Positions 35,600 to 49,169 of a stretch of DNA of 64,000 nucleotides are shown in pieces. The translations under genes and the position numbers were made by a program. The number at the start of each line of letters is the position of its first letter. Positions within the stretch are counted from its first letter, which is position 1. The DNA is from Marsupella aquatica. Lineage: Eukaryota; Plantae; Marchantiophyta. The stretch spans positions 13,372,549 to 13,436,548 of the forward strand of contig OZ316896.1 of assembly GCA_973895155.1 (NCBI GenBank), written 5' to 3'. The notes beneath the pieces were generated by a model, which was not told the origin of the DNA, did not search any database, and saw only the letters and a list, made by a program, of their open reading frames with translations.

Positions 35600-38500
35600 A
35601 TGAATATGACCGGGAGGGCAAGAAATGAAGACCAATCTAGTATATCAATTAACGTCGACGCTGCAGTCGATCGTCCTCCAAAGCAGAAGATGAAACTGGA
35701 TGAGGACAGGTCTAAGAGTCCGACATCGAGCGACACTACAAAGCTAAGTTCGCCGCAGAGGTGGTCTCTGGGTATGGACAGGCCTGAAAGACTTTCGAGC
35801 GAGACTACGAGGCTGGAGACAGACAAGTCTGTGGGTTCTGGCATCCTGGATTTCTACCCGTCGTCCAGCATGAAAACGGTCAAGATTGGCGAATTCGAGG
35901 ACGAGACTGTAGCGTGTCACAGCCAGCTCCAGTTGGAGCAGTCATACGGACTAGACCCACTGGCGATTTTCAAAAAGGTGACCGAGGACGAAATTAAAAA
36001 GAGGGCGCCGGAGCAGAATATCACACTTTTCGCATTGAGACTGGCACTAATCGAGAAGTCGGCGAGCGGGATCGGTACGCTCTCTTTCATCTGGGCCAGC
36101 ACTATCCTTTTGGGTGGCTTTGCATCCAATCTGAACCCAGTGGATTTCATAGTGATCACGCTGATACTCGTCACGGAGGGAACCAGGATTTTCACCCGTA
36201 GCAGGGAGCTCGAATGGCAGCACCTGGCATCCAAATCCACGGAAAAATCACTCACTCACGAATCCGAGAGAAGCTTGAAGGTCCCCGAAAACTGTGGTGG
36301 TGGAGAATTTACGAAATTCGGAGGAGCCAGCTCAAAGCCCGAAGAGGAGCCCATTCCATCATCGGAACCACCAGGAATAAACTTAGAACGGGCTCCCAAA
36401 GCTTCGTACAAACACACCACGTTTGCAGTCTCAGATGAGGACCTCGAGAGCTGTCAGATTAGTAATGCAGGCTATAACATTCAGCACACCCCGCACCTGG
36501 TTCCAACAGGCAAGACTCCAGGTGAAAAGAAATCGACGAGCAATGACATTACAGACTTCGAACTCGAGAAGACGGTGCTCGGCACAGCCGATGCGAAGAA
36601 CATCAAACGAACGTGGAGCGGCAGATTAGTGCCCATATTGCCTGGCCGGTGCAGCTCTATCATCTCAACGAGGGGAGTCAGTGCCATCCTGTATTGGATC
36701 CAGATCACCTCAGCAGCAATATGTCTGGCTCTCTCAATCTGGAGACTGACGCAACAAGAATACAATCCGCCTGCAGTTCCCAAACAGGATACTCCAGTAA
36801 ATCTTTACACGTCGTTGAATATCTTCTACACCCTCGCGCTCACGGAAGCTCTTCTGTTCCTGCTGGAGCGAGTCTACTGGGAGTACAAGATGAATTACGA
36901 AAAGCTGGTGCTGCAAGTGAGCAAGAAAGCGGATTTGGGAGGAGGAAATCAGGAAATGATGAAGCAGTTCTTCTACGAGGTTTACAAGAAATGCATTGAT
37001 GGAAGCGTGTTCGACGGGCTATCTATGGACATTGTCGAGTACAGCTTGACGTTGCTCCAATCAGACAACTCGTTCGAACAGCTGAATGGCCTTAAAATGC
37101 TATGGAAGATCGTGGATCGATACGATGGCTTTTCTTTGGATGCGTTGAGACGGACGGGGACTGCACCCGGAGTGATCGAAAGGTTGGTGGAGATGTTGTC
37201 GTGGCGTGGAACCCTCGGTGGAACCGATCAGGACGAGATTCGCCTGGCAGTTGCGGCATTCATATGTCGGCTGGTGCGGTACAACAAGAACTGCTTTAGA
37301 GTCGCGGCAGTGCCCGGGGCCATGGAGGGGATTCTTTCTCTTCTCAGACCGCATGAGCAAGATCACATGATTCCTAGACTGGATATCCCGACAGATCTAC
37401 TCTCCTCAAAACGAGCAATGATCGCTCTTCGCTTAGATGGGTTGCGCATCCTCGTCGCTCTAGCAAGGGATCCGGTGAACTTGCTGAAGATTGGCGAGAC
37501 ACGGGGGCTCGTTCCCATCCTTGTGGCATTCATCGCAGTCAAAGACCTTCATGCATTCAGAGAAATGGGAGGCTCCGAACTGAAAACATTCAAAAAGGTC
37601 CTGCGACTACTAAAAATGTTGTCGGCGGCACGGAACGCGAGCGGGACTATACTCCGGCCCATGATTGTCAGGGTGGTATTTGCCATCGCCAGCATGAGGG
37701 ACATTCTCGAGTTTGGAGACTATCATCCACAACTTCAGTGGATGGCAATCGAGATCCTCAGTAACTTGACATTGGACGACAACATTAGGAGATCAATTGG
37801 GAGTACGGGTGGTGTCATCCGGAACTTATTCACGCTGTATGGCAGAAACCTGGACTTGTCAAAAACTCTTTTCCTCTCAGAAAAGGACAAGAGAGCAGAG
37901 AAGACAGTTTCGAAAAGAGCTGGGGATGCCCTTAACCTCCTGGCGACTATGTGCAGGAAGAATTGCTTGCGAATGATGGATCTCCAGGATGGAAACGGCA
38001 AAAAACTTTTCATTCCAACTCTATTGACAATGTTGAACGAGTACAGAGAGCACACCATCTGCGCTGCCAAAATCCTTCGAAGCCTAATGGAGTATGGCAA
38101 CTGTTCTCAGAAGCGAGCGATTGCAGTATGCGTTGTGAGAGTCGTGAGGCTTACCATGGGAAGCTCGAGCCCAAGAATGCAGGAGGCTGTACTCGGTCTT
38201 GCGTCCCGAGTGTTCACTATCCTCGAACAGCGAACCTACGACCAGGCTTTTGAGAACGTGGATCGGACTGAGCTCGTTCGGACTCTCCTCAAAAATCTGG
38301 AGTACAATCCCCTTGGATCCTACAGGTTGCCGAGGATTCGTCGTCACAGCATTGAGTCAATACTGGCTCTTGTCAATCGAGACCCCAGCTTCTTCGCAGA
38401 GTTCATGAGCGATGGCTTGCTGGAGAAAAAGCTAATGCAGATGTTGGACACCGTCTGTGAAGCCGAGGACTTCGTAATCTTCTCTGGAGCTGAGGGACTC

Positions 38501-38635
38501 AACAGACACTCCATCACGATGGAAGATCTCGTCCAACAATCTATCCACGAGGTCCGAATTCTTGATCGAGAACGAGAAGAGATTCCATCCAAACCCGTAG
38601 AACTTGGTATTAAACAAGTTCCTAAATTACATTAG
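35600..38635 (+). CDS. BLE2-like / ARM-repeat superfamily membrane protein, 1011 aa, single coding exon
   Basis: 3-kb open ORF. APEQNITLFALRLALIEKSASGIGTLSFIWASTILLGGFAS...EGTRIFTRSRELEWQH and LNIFYTLALTEALLFLLE are family motifs. TM segments are followed by helical ARM-like repeats (GVIERLVEMLSW, KIGETRGLVPILVAF, SIGSTGGVIRNL, PRIRRHSIE). Confidence 0.92.
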   Translation: MNMTGRARNEDQSSISINVDAAVDRPPKQKMKLDEDRSKSPTSSDTTKLSSPQRWSLGMDRPERLSSETTRLETDKSVGSGILDFYPSSSMKTVKIGEFEDETVACHSQLQLEQSYGLDPLAIFKKVTEDEIKKRAPEQNITLFALRLALIEKSASGIGTLSFIWASTILLGGFASNLNPVDFIVITLILVTEGTRIFTRSRELEWQHLASKSTEKSLTHESERSLKVPENCGGGEFTKFGGASSKPEEEPIPSSEPPGINLERAPKASYKHTTFAVSDEDLESCQISNAGYNIQHTPHLVPTGKTPGEKKSTSNDITDFELEKTVLGTADAKNIKRTWSGRLVPILPGRCSSIISTRGVSAILYWIQITSAAICLALSIWRLTQQEYNPPAVPKQDTPVNLYTSLNIFYTLALTEALLFLLERVYWEYKMNYEKLVLQVSKKADLGGGNQEMMKQFFYEVYKKCIDGSVFDGLSMDIVEYSLTLLQSDNSFEQLNGLKMLWKIVDRYDGFSLDALRRTGTAPGVIERLVEMLSWRGTLGGTDQDEIRLAVAAFICRLVRYNKNCFRVAAVPGAMEGILSLLRPHEQDHMIPRLDIPTDLLSSKRAMIALRLDGLRILVALARDPVNLLKIGETRGLVPILVAFIAVKDLHAFREMGGSELKTFKKVLRLLKMLSAARNASGTILRPMIVRVVFAIASMRDILEFGDYHPQLQWMAIEILSNLTLDDNIRRSIGSTGGVIRNLFTLYGRNLDLSKTLFLSEKDKRAEKTVSKRAGDALNLLATMCRKNCLRMMDLQDGNGKKLFIPTLLTMLNEYREHTICAAKILRSLMEYGNCSQKRAIAVCVVRVVRLTMGSSSPRMQEAVLGLASRVFTILEQRTYDQAFENVDRTELVRTLLKNLEYNPLGSYRLPRIRRHSIESILALVNRDPSFFAEFMSDGLLEKKLMQMLDTVCEAEDFVIFSGAEGLNRHSITMEDLVQQSIHEVRILDREREEIPSKPVELGIKQVPKLH

Positions 38636-39619
38636 CCAAATGTAAATTTCTTCCCCTCTAGTTCCGTGAGGGTTGTGTGATCTCTTTTGGTTGAAGAATG
38701 TAACATAGCGTCCTCTTAGTTGTAGCAGTCTGCTCTTATCCGCCCCCACAACAGATTAGGTCCTTTCAGCGCTTCGTATACTTCTGTATAATGTTAATTT
38801 CAAATTTAGAGCTAGATTTTAGGCTGTCCACGATATGGAGCAGACACAGTGAATTAGCTTCTCACAGTTTTTTTGTGGATAGTCACCCGGCGCCCCATAT
38901 TCATAAATTCCTATGCCATAAGCTTGAGCTTGGAATGATAAGGGGTATCAGCATAGTTCTTGCATCATTCAATATATAGGCTTTGGTGCTTTGCATACCA
39001 CTCTGTCTCCAGGAACTATCGATGATACATCCATCACTCAAGTTCAGAGTCATTCATACTAATTATTAACTTCAAATCTTCGTGCAGTGTCCTAGGCTTA
39101 TTTACTAACCCTAGTCATTGACGAGCTTGATAACCATTCTCAAATCGCATTCAGAAAGCCAATGAGGCTAGAGAGAAATACAGAACTCGAGTCACTAATG
39201 TTTAGTGCTGGTTCAGGGTCTTGTCCAGCAGACCGAGGGGTCCTTCTGGCCAAACGAGGAATTTTAGAACTGGACCTTGTATCTGTGAGTGCATCCATTT
39301 TGCAAAGGTGACAACATTATGCTTCCCGTGGATGTGACCTCTGATCAGAAGTGAACCCATGCATATATCTTGTGTGCAGTCTGTGTCATTTTCTTCTCGA
39401 AACCAATATTTGTTTGTCAATAAACATATGAAGAACATAAAGACTGGCACTTTTTTGAGTACATATGAGTTTCCCTTGAAATAATACACTCTTGGACACC
39501 GAACACAACGTCAATAAATACACTTTTTGAGTGCATGTGAATTTCCCTTGAAACGTGTGAAGGTTTTCCCTTGTGAAGTGTTCTCTTCTGTGTCTGGTCT
39601 CGATGTCTTCCCGACTGCA

Positions 39620-39835
39620 CTTTCTTCTCGTAGGGCTAGTTTTTAGCTCTTTACTCTTTACTGTAAAGTGCAGCGGGTGTAAGGCAGTCTGTTGCCCAAC
39701 ATGTGAAGGGCTTCCCTGACTGCACTTTCGTTCTTCTCGTAGGGCTAGTTTTTAGCTCTTTACTGTAAAGTGCAGCGGGTGTAAGGCAGTCTGTTGCCCA
39801 ACATGTGAAGGGTTTCCCTTGCACCGCTTTTCTTG
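39620..39835. repeat. About 106-bp tandem duplication (plus a 35-bp duplication at about 39935-40007)
   Basis: ttcttctcgtagggctagtttttagctctttactgtaaagtgcagcgggtgtaaggcagtctgttgcccaacatgtgaaggg occurs twice. Confidence 0.85.
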
Positions 39836-42202
39836 TCACTCTGGCTTCTTCTGGCAGCGCCTGTGTCCTTTCAAACTGGTTTTAAGGCAGCAGCACCTTG
39901 TCTTAAGCAGTATGTGTGTTGTGCTGGGGATAGAGCATTCAGTCTTTTGCAAATGAATCAATCAACGGATGCATTCAGTCTTTTGCAAATGAATCAATCA
40001 ACGGATGTGAGTGCAATGCTTGCACTCTTCCACAGATACTCTGTATGATTTACGAATGTGTCAAATCTTGTAACAGTGTCTCATATTTGTTCTCCAAGCT
40101 ATAGATCACAAAACCACACTGACTATAGGAATGAAAACTTGAAGACTGCTGCATTTGAAGTACATGTGAGTTTCCCTTGAAACAGTAGACTCTTTGACAG
40201 CATACACAACGTGTAGTTAACAATCAGGGTTGGCATGCTTTGAATGATGGCTTACGAATATTGTCACTGTATGATCTAATGTTGGACACAAAATCCATCT
40301 TCAGACTCTCTAGCTAGGATGTGACTGACAGCGGGTGATCATCCGCAAGTTTTGGGAATGGTATGTCTAATAAATGTCTGGCTCCAGTGGACGGACTTAT
40401 TGGACTTCAGATCTAGTTCAAGACCTCGTCCGCTCGAGGTTTAAGTGTCGGTGATAGATCGTCGGTTTCCGTATTTCCAGATTTTGGGACAGCCTTGTTG
40501 GACTTGGACCTAGTTCAAGCTCCCGTCCAGTCAAGGTTTCTTATTTGTGATATGGTCGATTTTCGCATCTCCAGGTTTTGGCACAGATTTGTTGGAGTTG
40601 GACAGCTCAAGCCCTCTTTCACTCAAGATGTCTTTACTTGTGGTCGGTTTTCGGATTCAGGTCTTGGGACGGCGAACAGAAATTACGTGGACTCTCGGAG
40701 TAGAGAATTGTATTTTGGAGACGTCCTGGTTAGAGTTCAATGAAAGCGGCCTCGCTCTCCCCAGAAAAAGGGAACTCGGATATTTTTAGTTGTATCTCTA
40801 CGAGTGTGCTTTGGCTGACTCCATGGTTTTCCAGATCCAATTTCGAGGCTGAGAGTGGCAAACACGAAACTCTAGAGCTATTTACTTTCCGTTTCGAGCC
40901 TGAGAGTAATTTCGAACAAAACCACTCTTGAGGTGCCCACCTTAATTGATACAACGTTTCGAGGTCTCATCAGTTTGAGTGCATTTCCTCGCACTACTAG
41001 TGACAATACTCATGAGCAGTTCAGTTTTCAGGTGCGAGAAACACGTTCAAAACGTTGAAACGATGTGCGCAAATTTGTGAAGATAATCCAACTCTGAGAA
41101 CGGACCACCAAAGAGACCAGACAAATGACAAATCGGTTACTCAGATTCCTTCCGGGCAAAATCTTTCTTCAAATAAGACTACAGTTGACAAGTAGAGGAT
41201 GGAGGCTTCTTATCAAGAATCCATTTCTCCCAATCCTATCAACGATATGCTCCACATCAAACATCCACAGGAAAAAGAACAATGAAGACGATAGATATAG
41301 CCTTTCAAAACTGATTTCAAGCCTACGCCCGGTACAGAGATGTCATGCTTTAGAATGCTAGGACCACTTCATTGGTGGAGCTGCATCTAAGAGCGGGAAA
41401 TTGAAGTAAACGTCCTATCAATTTGTTCACTCGTGAGCAAACTGACTAACTTTCTACTATCCTCGTGAGAAGGGCTTCAACTTGAAGAGACACCTGCCTC
41501 AGTATTTGGTATCCAGAGGTCAAGACTTAGTTCTGGACTGAATTGTGAGCTGCCACCAATACCAGGTCCAGATAACAGTAGAAGTCCTGGCAGCTCTATC
41601 GAAACTGGGGGACTCATACGGTTACAATTGTTCACCTTAAGTGCATTGCAAGTTATGGATACTGTACAAGGTTTACATGGGTGAGCCGGCGTCATGTGAT
41701 TTGATCTGCCGGACCGGTTAGTGGTACAGAAAACCCAGCCACCCTACCCTTCCTACTGCTGTCTCTTCGTTGGCAACCAAAGCTGGAAAGAGGTTCTACT
41801 CGTTATCACACTCGGGGTACGTATACTCCTCCAGTTCCAATCGTGAATTGGTAAGCCTGCGTACAGCTGTGCCTCTTGCACCCCCAAGGTCTGACATTCA
41901 ACCTCCTTGTTTGCCACTCCCTCCGCCATCTCGCCTCTCTGAAGGAATAATCATTTCAGATCCCTACGAGAATTCTTGGCTGCCGACAGTTCAGAGCACA
42001 GGATGTTCCTGTCTATTGCATTCCACTCAATATGCTGACCTGCTGGATTTCAACTTCGCTTGGTCAGCTCTACTAACAGCTCTAACCTGTTTACTTCTAC
42101 CTGTTTCCTTCATCCAAGCTAATTTTAACCCGCGAGCGAATCCCGCTACCCTTCTCCTGATGCATTCTACACATGGATCTAACTGGTTAAAGTAAGCTAG
42201 GT

Positions 42203-45150
42203 TTACCATGCTTCTACCCTCTCATTTGTTTGATCAATAGTGTTCACGAGCCTTCCACCTTTGGCCTTCCCTTTGCCTCGCTTCTTCGGAACTACTATAC
42301 AATATTCTTGATATTGTACTGGTGGAGTTTCTACGACAGGCTCACTCTCATGATGGCCATTTGGAATAGCTCCCGCGCAATCATTGTTGTGCCCGTCTGT
42401 ATCAGGTGCCTCTGGACCAGCAGAGGCAGGCCTTGAATCCAGTACAACATCTTCACGATCTCGTAGGGTCCTCAAGATTAAGGTTTTGAGGAAGTTCATA
42501 ACTTGCACCGCATGCATCAGTGCTGTAAGAGGATCGGCCATCTGCACGTCACCAACACTTACAATGTTAATTATGGATCACTGTCTATAAACGAAATATC
42601 TTCAATCGCACAGGTTATGGACCATATCACTGTCAATAAACGAAATTTCTTCAATCGTACAGGTTAAGGATATTCTAAAGACCCATTGACACCATGGCGA
42701 GCATACCTGAGTCATATTGGGAGCGAAAACCATGGCGATATTGCGGGCATTCATCTTATTGACCTGTTCCTCTTGAGCAACATCTGCCATCAAATTGACA
42801 GCCCAGTCCAAAAGGGCTGCCTGTGTAGGAGGGAGCAGTTTCACTAGCTCCACACATTGCTCCTCGGTGTGACATTGCATTACTTGCTCTGGTGAAAGAG
42901 AATCCAGCACTCCTCGTGGTAGCTCCCTGAACCAAGCCTGCCCAACCCACGAATCGTCCAGAACGTCATTTCATCTCTTTCGTGTTCAATATGCGAAGAG
43001 CCAAATGTTGACAAACAAAAATCCTACGCACTTAGGCAACTGCAGGGAGCAAGACCAAAAAGACAAGAGGCAAAGCGCATGGCCACAACGACCACCAATC
43101 CTATGTCAACACTGCTTCTCAAAAAGTTCCGTAATAGTGGTATCACGATGGTTCGAAGGGACTCCACGGCCCACGACGACTGGCTTGATCTGGCATGTCA
43201 TTATGCTCAGCAGATTGTGCAAAAAGTCACTTCAGGAGGACACCCGGTAAGCAATCACTACATCTCGTTGTAAAAAGGTTCTGCCACTTATCTGGACAAG
43301 ACACCCTGTCTGACACGTCTACAGGACCAACCCAAGCCCGGGACGACCGGCAACATGACATGATCTTCCTTAAACTATGAAAGAACAGTACGCCTCCGAC
43401 ACAACCAACATAATTGTGTCATGACGAGCACTGCGACAACTCGAACCTCCTATTAAACATAATACCCAACAGTACCCAACGGGCTCCTGTTGCTACCTAC
43501 CTCGCTGGAAACGCTGCAATCGAGGAAAATGAAAACGTCTCGACATCTACCAAGCAAGTACCAAAAGCTACAGACGACCTGCTATCCCAGCTTCTGGCCA
43601 TTAGCCGATTCCCTTTCTCAGCTTAAGTCGTAAGAAGATACATCAAGAACCCGTGCCAATCTCACGGAATAACGAGAAGACTGTCATCTTTTCGCTGTAG
43701 CACTTGGCCAAATTCCGACCGAGAGAAGACTGCTAAGGGCTAACATGGCTAATGAGAGACCTATCGACCACAGCATGCCCTCACGTACCTTGATGAGACC
43801 AGCAAGACAGTGAAGATCGATATCGTTCGGAACGATGCCTTTATTAAGCTGCTTCCTAGCGTGCTCTTCATGGATGCTTTCGGCGTTGATCCTAAAGATA
43901 CCTTCAACCTGCGGAATTCGAAGCACAGAAAAACAGAACGGTGTCAACAGAAGTGAGACAGTCATAATGCCGACACTCCCATGGCAAACTTAGCTCGCAC
44001 TCCTTAAAGGTGTCAACGAGATAATCACATCTTAACAGAGCCAACCTCGGCAAGTTCTGGCTTTCCGTTCCCCAAAATTCAAGAAAAGAAGGAAAACCCA
44101 CAACTCCCACAAGTAATCCAGTAGACACACATCGCGAGTAATCCTAATCAAAGGTTCCTAGCGGTCCAAGTTCCAGAGTGACTAGAGACAGACGAATGGA
44201 ATCCAATTGTGCCACAAACCTTCATGCCTCCTTGGATATAGAGTGCTTCTTGCATCAGAAGCAGAATGGTCGGAACGCTATTTCCCTTCGCATCGTAAGA
44301 ACATTGCATCGACTCCGCCGAAACACCAAACACGCTCGCACTGCGACAGAAAGAAAATAATTTAACTTCCCAAGCAGGGCAGGAGAATAGGGTGGCCCCC
44401 ATAATTCCAGCTTCGTCGATGAAAAACCCCTGCAGCAGAATTCTCTGAGCAGAGCTACGTCTCTCTAGCAACCTTCCGGGGGACCACAAACCAGACTACT
44501 TCGAATTCCAACGAGTAGATTGAATGGTTACTACGTATTCAGCTACAAACGCAAGAAGTGAAGGCATCAACTAACCTGGCGCTAGGAACCCTTCTAGGGA
44601 CTTCGACTTCAAACTCCACGGGCAAGCCGAGAAACCCATTGTAGCGGTCGAAGGTGACATGAGCAACATGCTGCACATTCGTCGGCCAGCCAATGTCCAT
44701 GTTGCATTCTTCGTCGGGGGCCCTGCACGTGAGCAGGGAGCGGCGAAAGGCAGCCAGCATGAGGGCCAGCATCGACAGCTGGCGTTGAGCCCTTTCGTGG
44801 TCGCTTTCTCTCCTTCGAGTGACCTCTCCGCCATTACCGCCCCCATGATGATTATGATGCCTGCTCACCACCATTTCACCTCCCCTTTCCATGATGTGCT
44901 CCTCATAATCTACAGTACTTAACCGGTTGCTCCCACCACTACGCACCTGATGGTGATGGTGGTGTTGGTGGTAGCGAGGCTGTTGTTGCTCTGATACACC
45001 CATGACCGTGTGAATGAGAGGAGATGATGGATTTCCAACGAAGTCGTCGGAGTCTGATTCGTCTGAAGTATACTGTCCATTGCAACTGTAGTCATCAGAA
45101 TCCGTGTTATCAGATGGGTACTGACGCCGAGAAGGAAGAGCTTCCGTCAT
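42203..45150 (-). CDS. ROPGAP: CRIB-domain Rho GTPase-activating protein (RopGAP), about 461 aa
   Basis: Exons 45150-44576, 44340-44220, 43908-43789, 42937-42707 and 42541-42203 (GT-AG, in phase, 1386 nt). CRIB motif MDIGWPTNVQHVAHVTFDRYNGFLGLP; GAP motifs EGIFRINAE, HCLAGLIKAWFRELP and NKMNARNIAMVFAPN; C-terminal ERVEAW. The start could lie further upstream (acceptor at 45252). Confidence 0.95.
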
Positions 45151-48100
45151 CTCTTTTTTCACTCTGAAACGGGGATGATCGTCGACTTCAATTCCTCTTC
45201 CTCCCAGTCCTTCTCTTGCAATGCCTTTCACCAGCAGAGGCCCTCGTTGTCCTGTCAAAGGAAGTAGTGCCGATTAATGAATGAAAACCTTTAGGATTAA
45301 TTCCTGGCTTTGACATGAATGTCAGCAGGCACGATCTGTTACAGTATCAGGGTAAGAAACCCTAAGAGCCTCGATCAAAACAACTAGTGGATGCTCGATC
45401 AAAACAACTAGTGGATGCTGTTGCTGTGAGGGTGACAGCACCAGCGCATCATGATCACTTTCTCCAAAACGTCGACGAGGCTCTGTTTGCGCGTGAATTG
45501 GTACAACCCAAAAGAGACAATGGATGGCAATCACAGTTCGACATCGTAGTAGGCTGAGAGTAACCCTGAAAGCGCGATCACAATTTTCCCAGTTCTAACA
45601 AGAACGACGCTGGACAGCACTGGAGCGTGGTGGATAAAGCGTCACCAAAAATGGGCGTGAGTGAAACAGAGGACAAACCTTCACGCCCAAGCGGAAAGTC
45701 CCCATTCCAAAACATCACATCCGCTCACCCCTTCACAAGACTAACATCACGTATGGGAGAGAAATTCGCGAAAAGAAACTGCCGAACCCTATGCATTACA
45801 GCCCCTCAAGTAGCCCATGCATCGGCCCAGCCCAAAGAGTAACACAATCTAACACCCTGTGAGCCTCAACCTCGTCAATTGACGAACCACTAAAGCCAAA
45901 TGGGCACGACAACTTTTAGTTGCTCGGTCGGACCTACGGCTTAAGCGATTGAGTCAGAAGTGATTTACAAAATAATCTCACCCCAGTGAACTTTCCAGAA
46001 CCGTGAACTAAATGTCATTTTCGTTTCGGAACGGTGTCGCTTATATGCCAACTAGAGGAGTAACGCTTAATGACTCTGTGGGACCCCACGAAATCACTAG
46101 CCTCACACGAGCATTCACTCTCGGCTCAGGATAGTTCGAACCAGTGAGCTGACGCCAAAATCGTCCTTAACAACCCCAGCTCGGTGGCGACAAATACAAG
46201 GGACCATGCTCAGGACTCTCGTCCGAGACGAGGAAATCATAAACAAAAAAGGGGAACTGATACGAAGCTCTCCCAAATGCTGCTAGCAGACTGAACCCAT
46301 AGTGACCCTCACCACCGCTCACGAAGAAATCTCCACAACGAGACCATGCAACTATACCCAAACACGCTACTAATAACGCATTAATCATTAACAGTACAAT
46401 AGACATCAATACCTCTGCCGTGGGAAGCATGTGCAAGTGCTCCTCCCAACCGTCAACAAGAATTCATGATTCCTGTTCGAAAGACTTTCTACATTATGAA
46501 ACCTGCTTGCAAGGAATAAGAAAAAAAATGGCGAAGGGGAGAGACCAAACCTGTGTTCGGCTTGGAAGGATTGGAACTCCGGTAATACATCGTGACGATG
46601 ATGAACAAGAAGGCGATGAAGAATGCCGAAATCACAGAGAAACAGAAACCCGCCGGATGAACAATGGCTTCTACGGAGGTATCGATGTCCAAGATATGAG
46701 GATGAGGAGCGACAGTGTTGGACGAGCCGTCGCGTCCAAAAAAAAGGCACGAGTCCGAGGATTGGAGGATACCTGGACAATACGAACACCGCCCTGCTCA
46801 GCCTATGAAAAGAAAAAGGAGATGAACAAGAACCGCGATAGAGGCCCCTGAGGTTGCTTCTGGCACAAGAACCGTCTACCTTGGACGCAGACCACCACGA
46901 TAAACAATCTCCACCTCCCTACACTCTAGAAATTGCTCCACCCGGAATATAGCAGCTACCCTCATCTAAACATCCACTAGCTCCTTCTGCTCTGCTCCAG
47001 CTGTTGCCCTATGGCAGACTTGTTTACAAAAAAGAATGGTTTGAGGTGTGAGACACCAAGTACAGAAAGACCTCCAGGTTCAAGACCCTCGACTCCAAGT
47101 TCATGTGGATGGAATGATAGCAAGTGGCCAAGAACGGCAAATTCCGAATTGGCATGAGAAAGCTGCTCGGTTTGACGAGCACTCGGACAGCGAGACCTCA
47201 ACGACCATAATATGGAAGCTATTTTGCTACAGTGGTGGGACACAGTCGCCGAGCGACTGCAGCGAGCAGTCGTTGTTACAATGATGGACTGACCTGCTCC
47301 GCCAACTTGAAAAAAATTCAAGAAGCCACGGTCAGAGTGAAAGCTTGCTTGCCAAAGCGACCAGCCGGTGACCGAATAACGCACGACCCACCAGCAAGAG
47401 AACTGCAGAACGAAGTTCAAAATGGATGATCCCAGATAGCTGGTAGGCTAGATGACTTGTCGAGGTAGCTCTACAAGTCAAAGGGATCCAGACTAAACGA
47501 GCAACGGGAACAGAGAAAGAAACGGAGACGGATGGTGAAGTACGAAGTCTGTTGACACTTTGAATCCTTTGAGACAAAGAACATTCCTCACTCTCCTCCC
47601 CTCCTCCTCACAAGCCAACTAGCAGTCACCTACGGGCAATCCTGCTGTCAAGACAAGACAGCCCCCGGGCATGCTGAGCATGGTTTTCTTGGCTGCCCAG
47701 CAGCACGCTGCCGAGCACCTTACCGAATAAACAAGAAAGGATGAGGAATTAAAGAACGCCAGAAGGGTGACTCTAGTCGACCCACAATCAGACAAAACGT
47801 ACTAAGTAGGACGTGATCCCATTCCTTTCCAGCACTCCAACCCCCCTTCACCTCACCCTCCTCAACAGCTCGATACACACTCGCTACGCAACAAGCTATG
47901 CTGCATCACTGGTCAAAAAGCTGTCAACGATTCTACGGACTCTGCCCACAAGCTTCTCTTCAAGCTGACCAAGTCCATGGGCCGCAAGCAAGAACCGCAT
48001 GAAGCAGCATCCGCGGAGCTCTAACATGCTCTACTCCTCCTTCCTCCTCATCATCATCACCCAGACCCACCCAATTAATCACTTCCTTCTCATCAATAAC

Positions 48101-48991
48101 CCCATCAAGTCATCAACCCAACCCCCGCCCCCCCCCCCCCCGCCTTCTCCTCCACCCTCAATCAACCGCTCAGCCGGGCAGCATCATCATCTACGCCGCG
48201 AGAAACTCGTTCGCGCACAGTAGGGAGGAGAGAGAAAGTCATCAACAGGAGCGATTGGGAACAAGAGAACGACCGATAAAGAACCGGTGACAGAAAGAAT
48301 CCAAGACCTTGACAAGCCCCCAACAACAACAACAACAGCAGCAGATTCCTCTGCGGTGCATGTGTAGTGTTGGCAGGCAGGCAGGCAGGCAGGCAGGCAC
48401 TCGGATCTCAACCGAATTCAATTCTGTTTCCGCCCTCATCGCCTTCGTCTCAACTCTCGACGCAACATCCCTTGTTACGGAGCAGTACACTACTACTGTT
48501 GTCAGTACCAAAAATTACACACGGCATGCGTCTCGAGCGAACCTCCGTCTCGAGGGGGCCTTTCTTTGCCTACGTCATTTAGCTGGGATTAACTTTAGCT
48601 GCTCCGCCAAAGTCTCCAGGCCAGCGAGGCCAGACGAGCCCAGCCAGCGAAGCCGAGCCAGCGAGTTCGGAGTTCCGAGTCCCGAGGCAGCGCATGCCGA
48701 TTGCCGAGGCAGGGAAGGCCGACCCGACAAAAGCGGCCTTACGCACGCCAAATTCCAGATTTTTCAAATTTTTTCCATTTTGGGGATCTTGCAGGTACCG
48801 GGGTTAAGGGTTTACCGGGGTTAATAAAGGTGACCGGGTGATCTACCCTGCTACTGTAGGTGAACCATGTCACGGCGGTAAGGAACAAAGCGATTTAGTG
48901 CTCTAGTCATGATACGTCCTGTCTGCCAGTGATCCATCCAAAACAGATATAATAGTATTGCGATCCAGATTTCAATTTATTCCTGTTTTGC

Positions 48992-49169
48992 GGATTGTGC
49001 TGGTACAGAGGTTATTAAGGCTTTACTGGGTTTTAAGTGGGCTTTACTTGGTTTATAGGCACCTGGACCTTTAGAGAACTGGATTGTGCTGGTACAGGGG
49101 TTATTAAGGCTTTATTGGGTTTTAAGTGGGCTTTACTTGGTTTATAGGCACCTGGACCTTTAGAGAACT
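48992..49169. repeat. 89-bp near-perfect tandem duplication
   Basis: ggattgtgctggtacag...cacctggacctttagagaact at 48992 and 49081. Confidence 0.9.
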
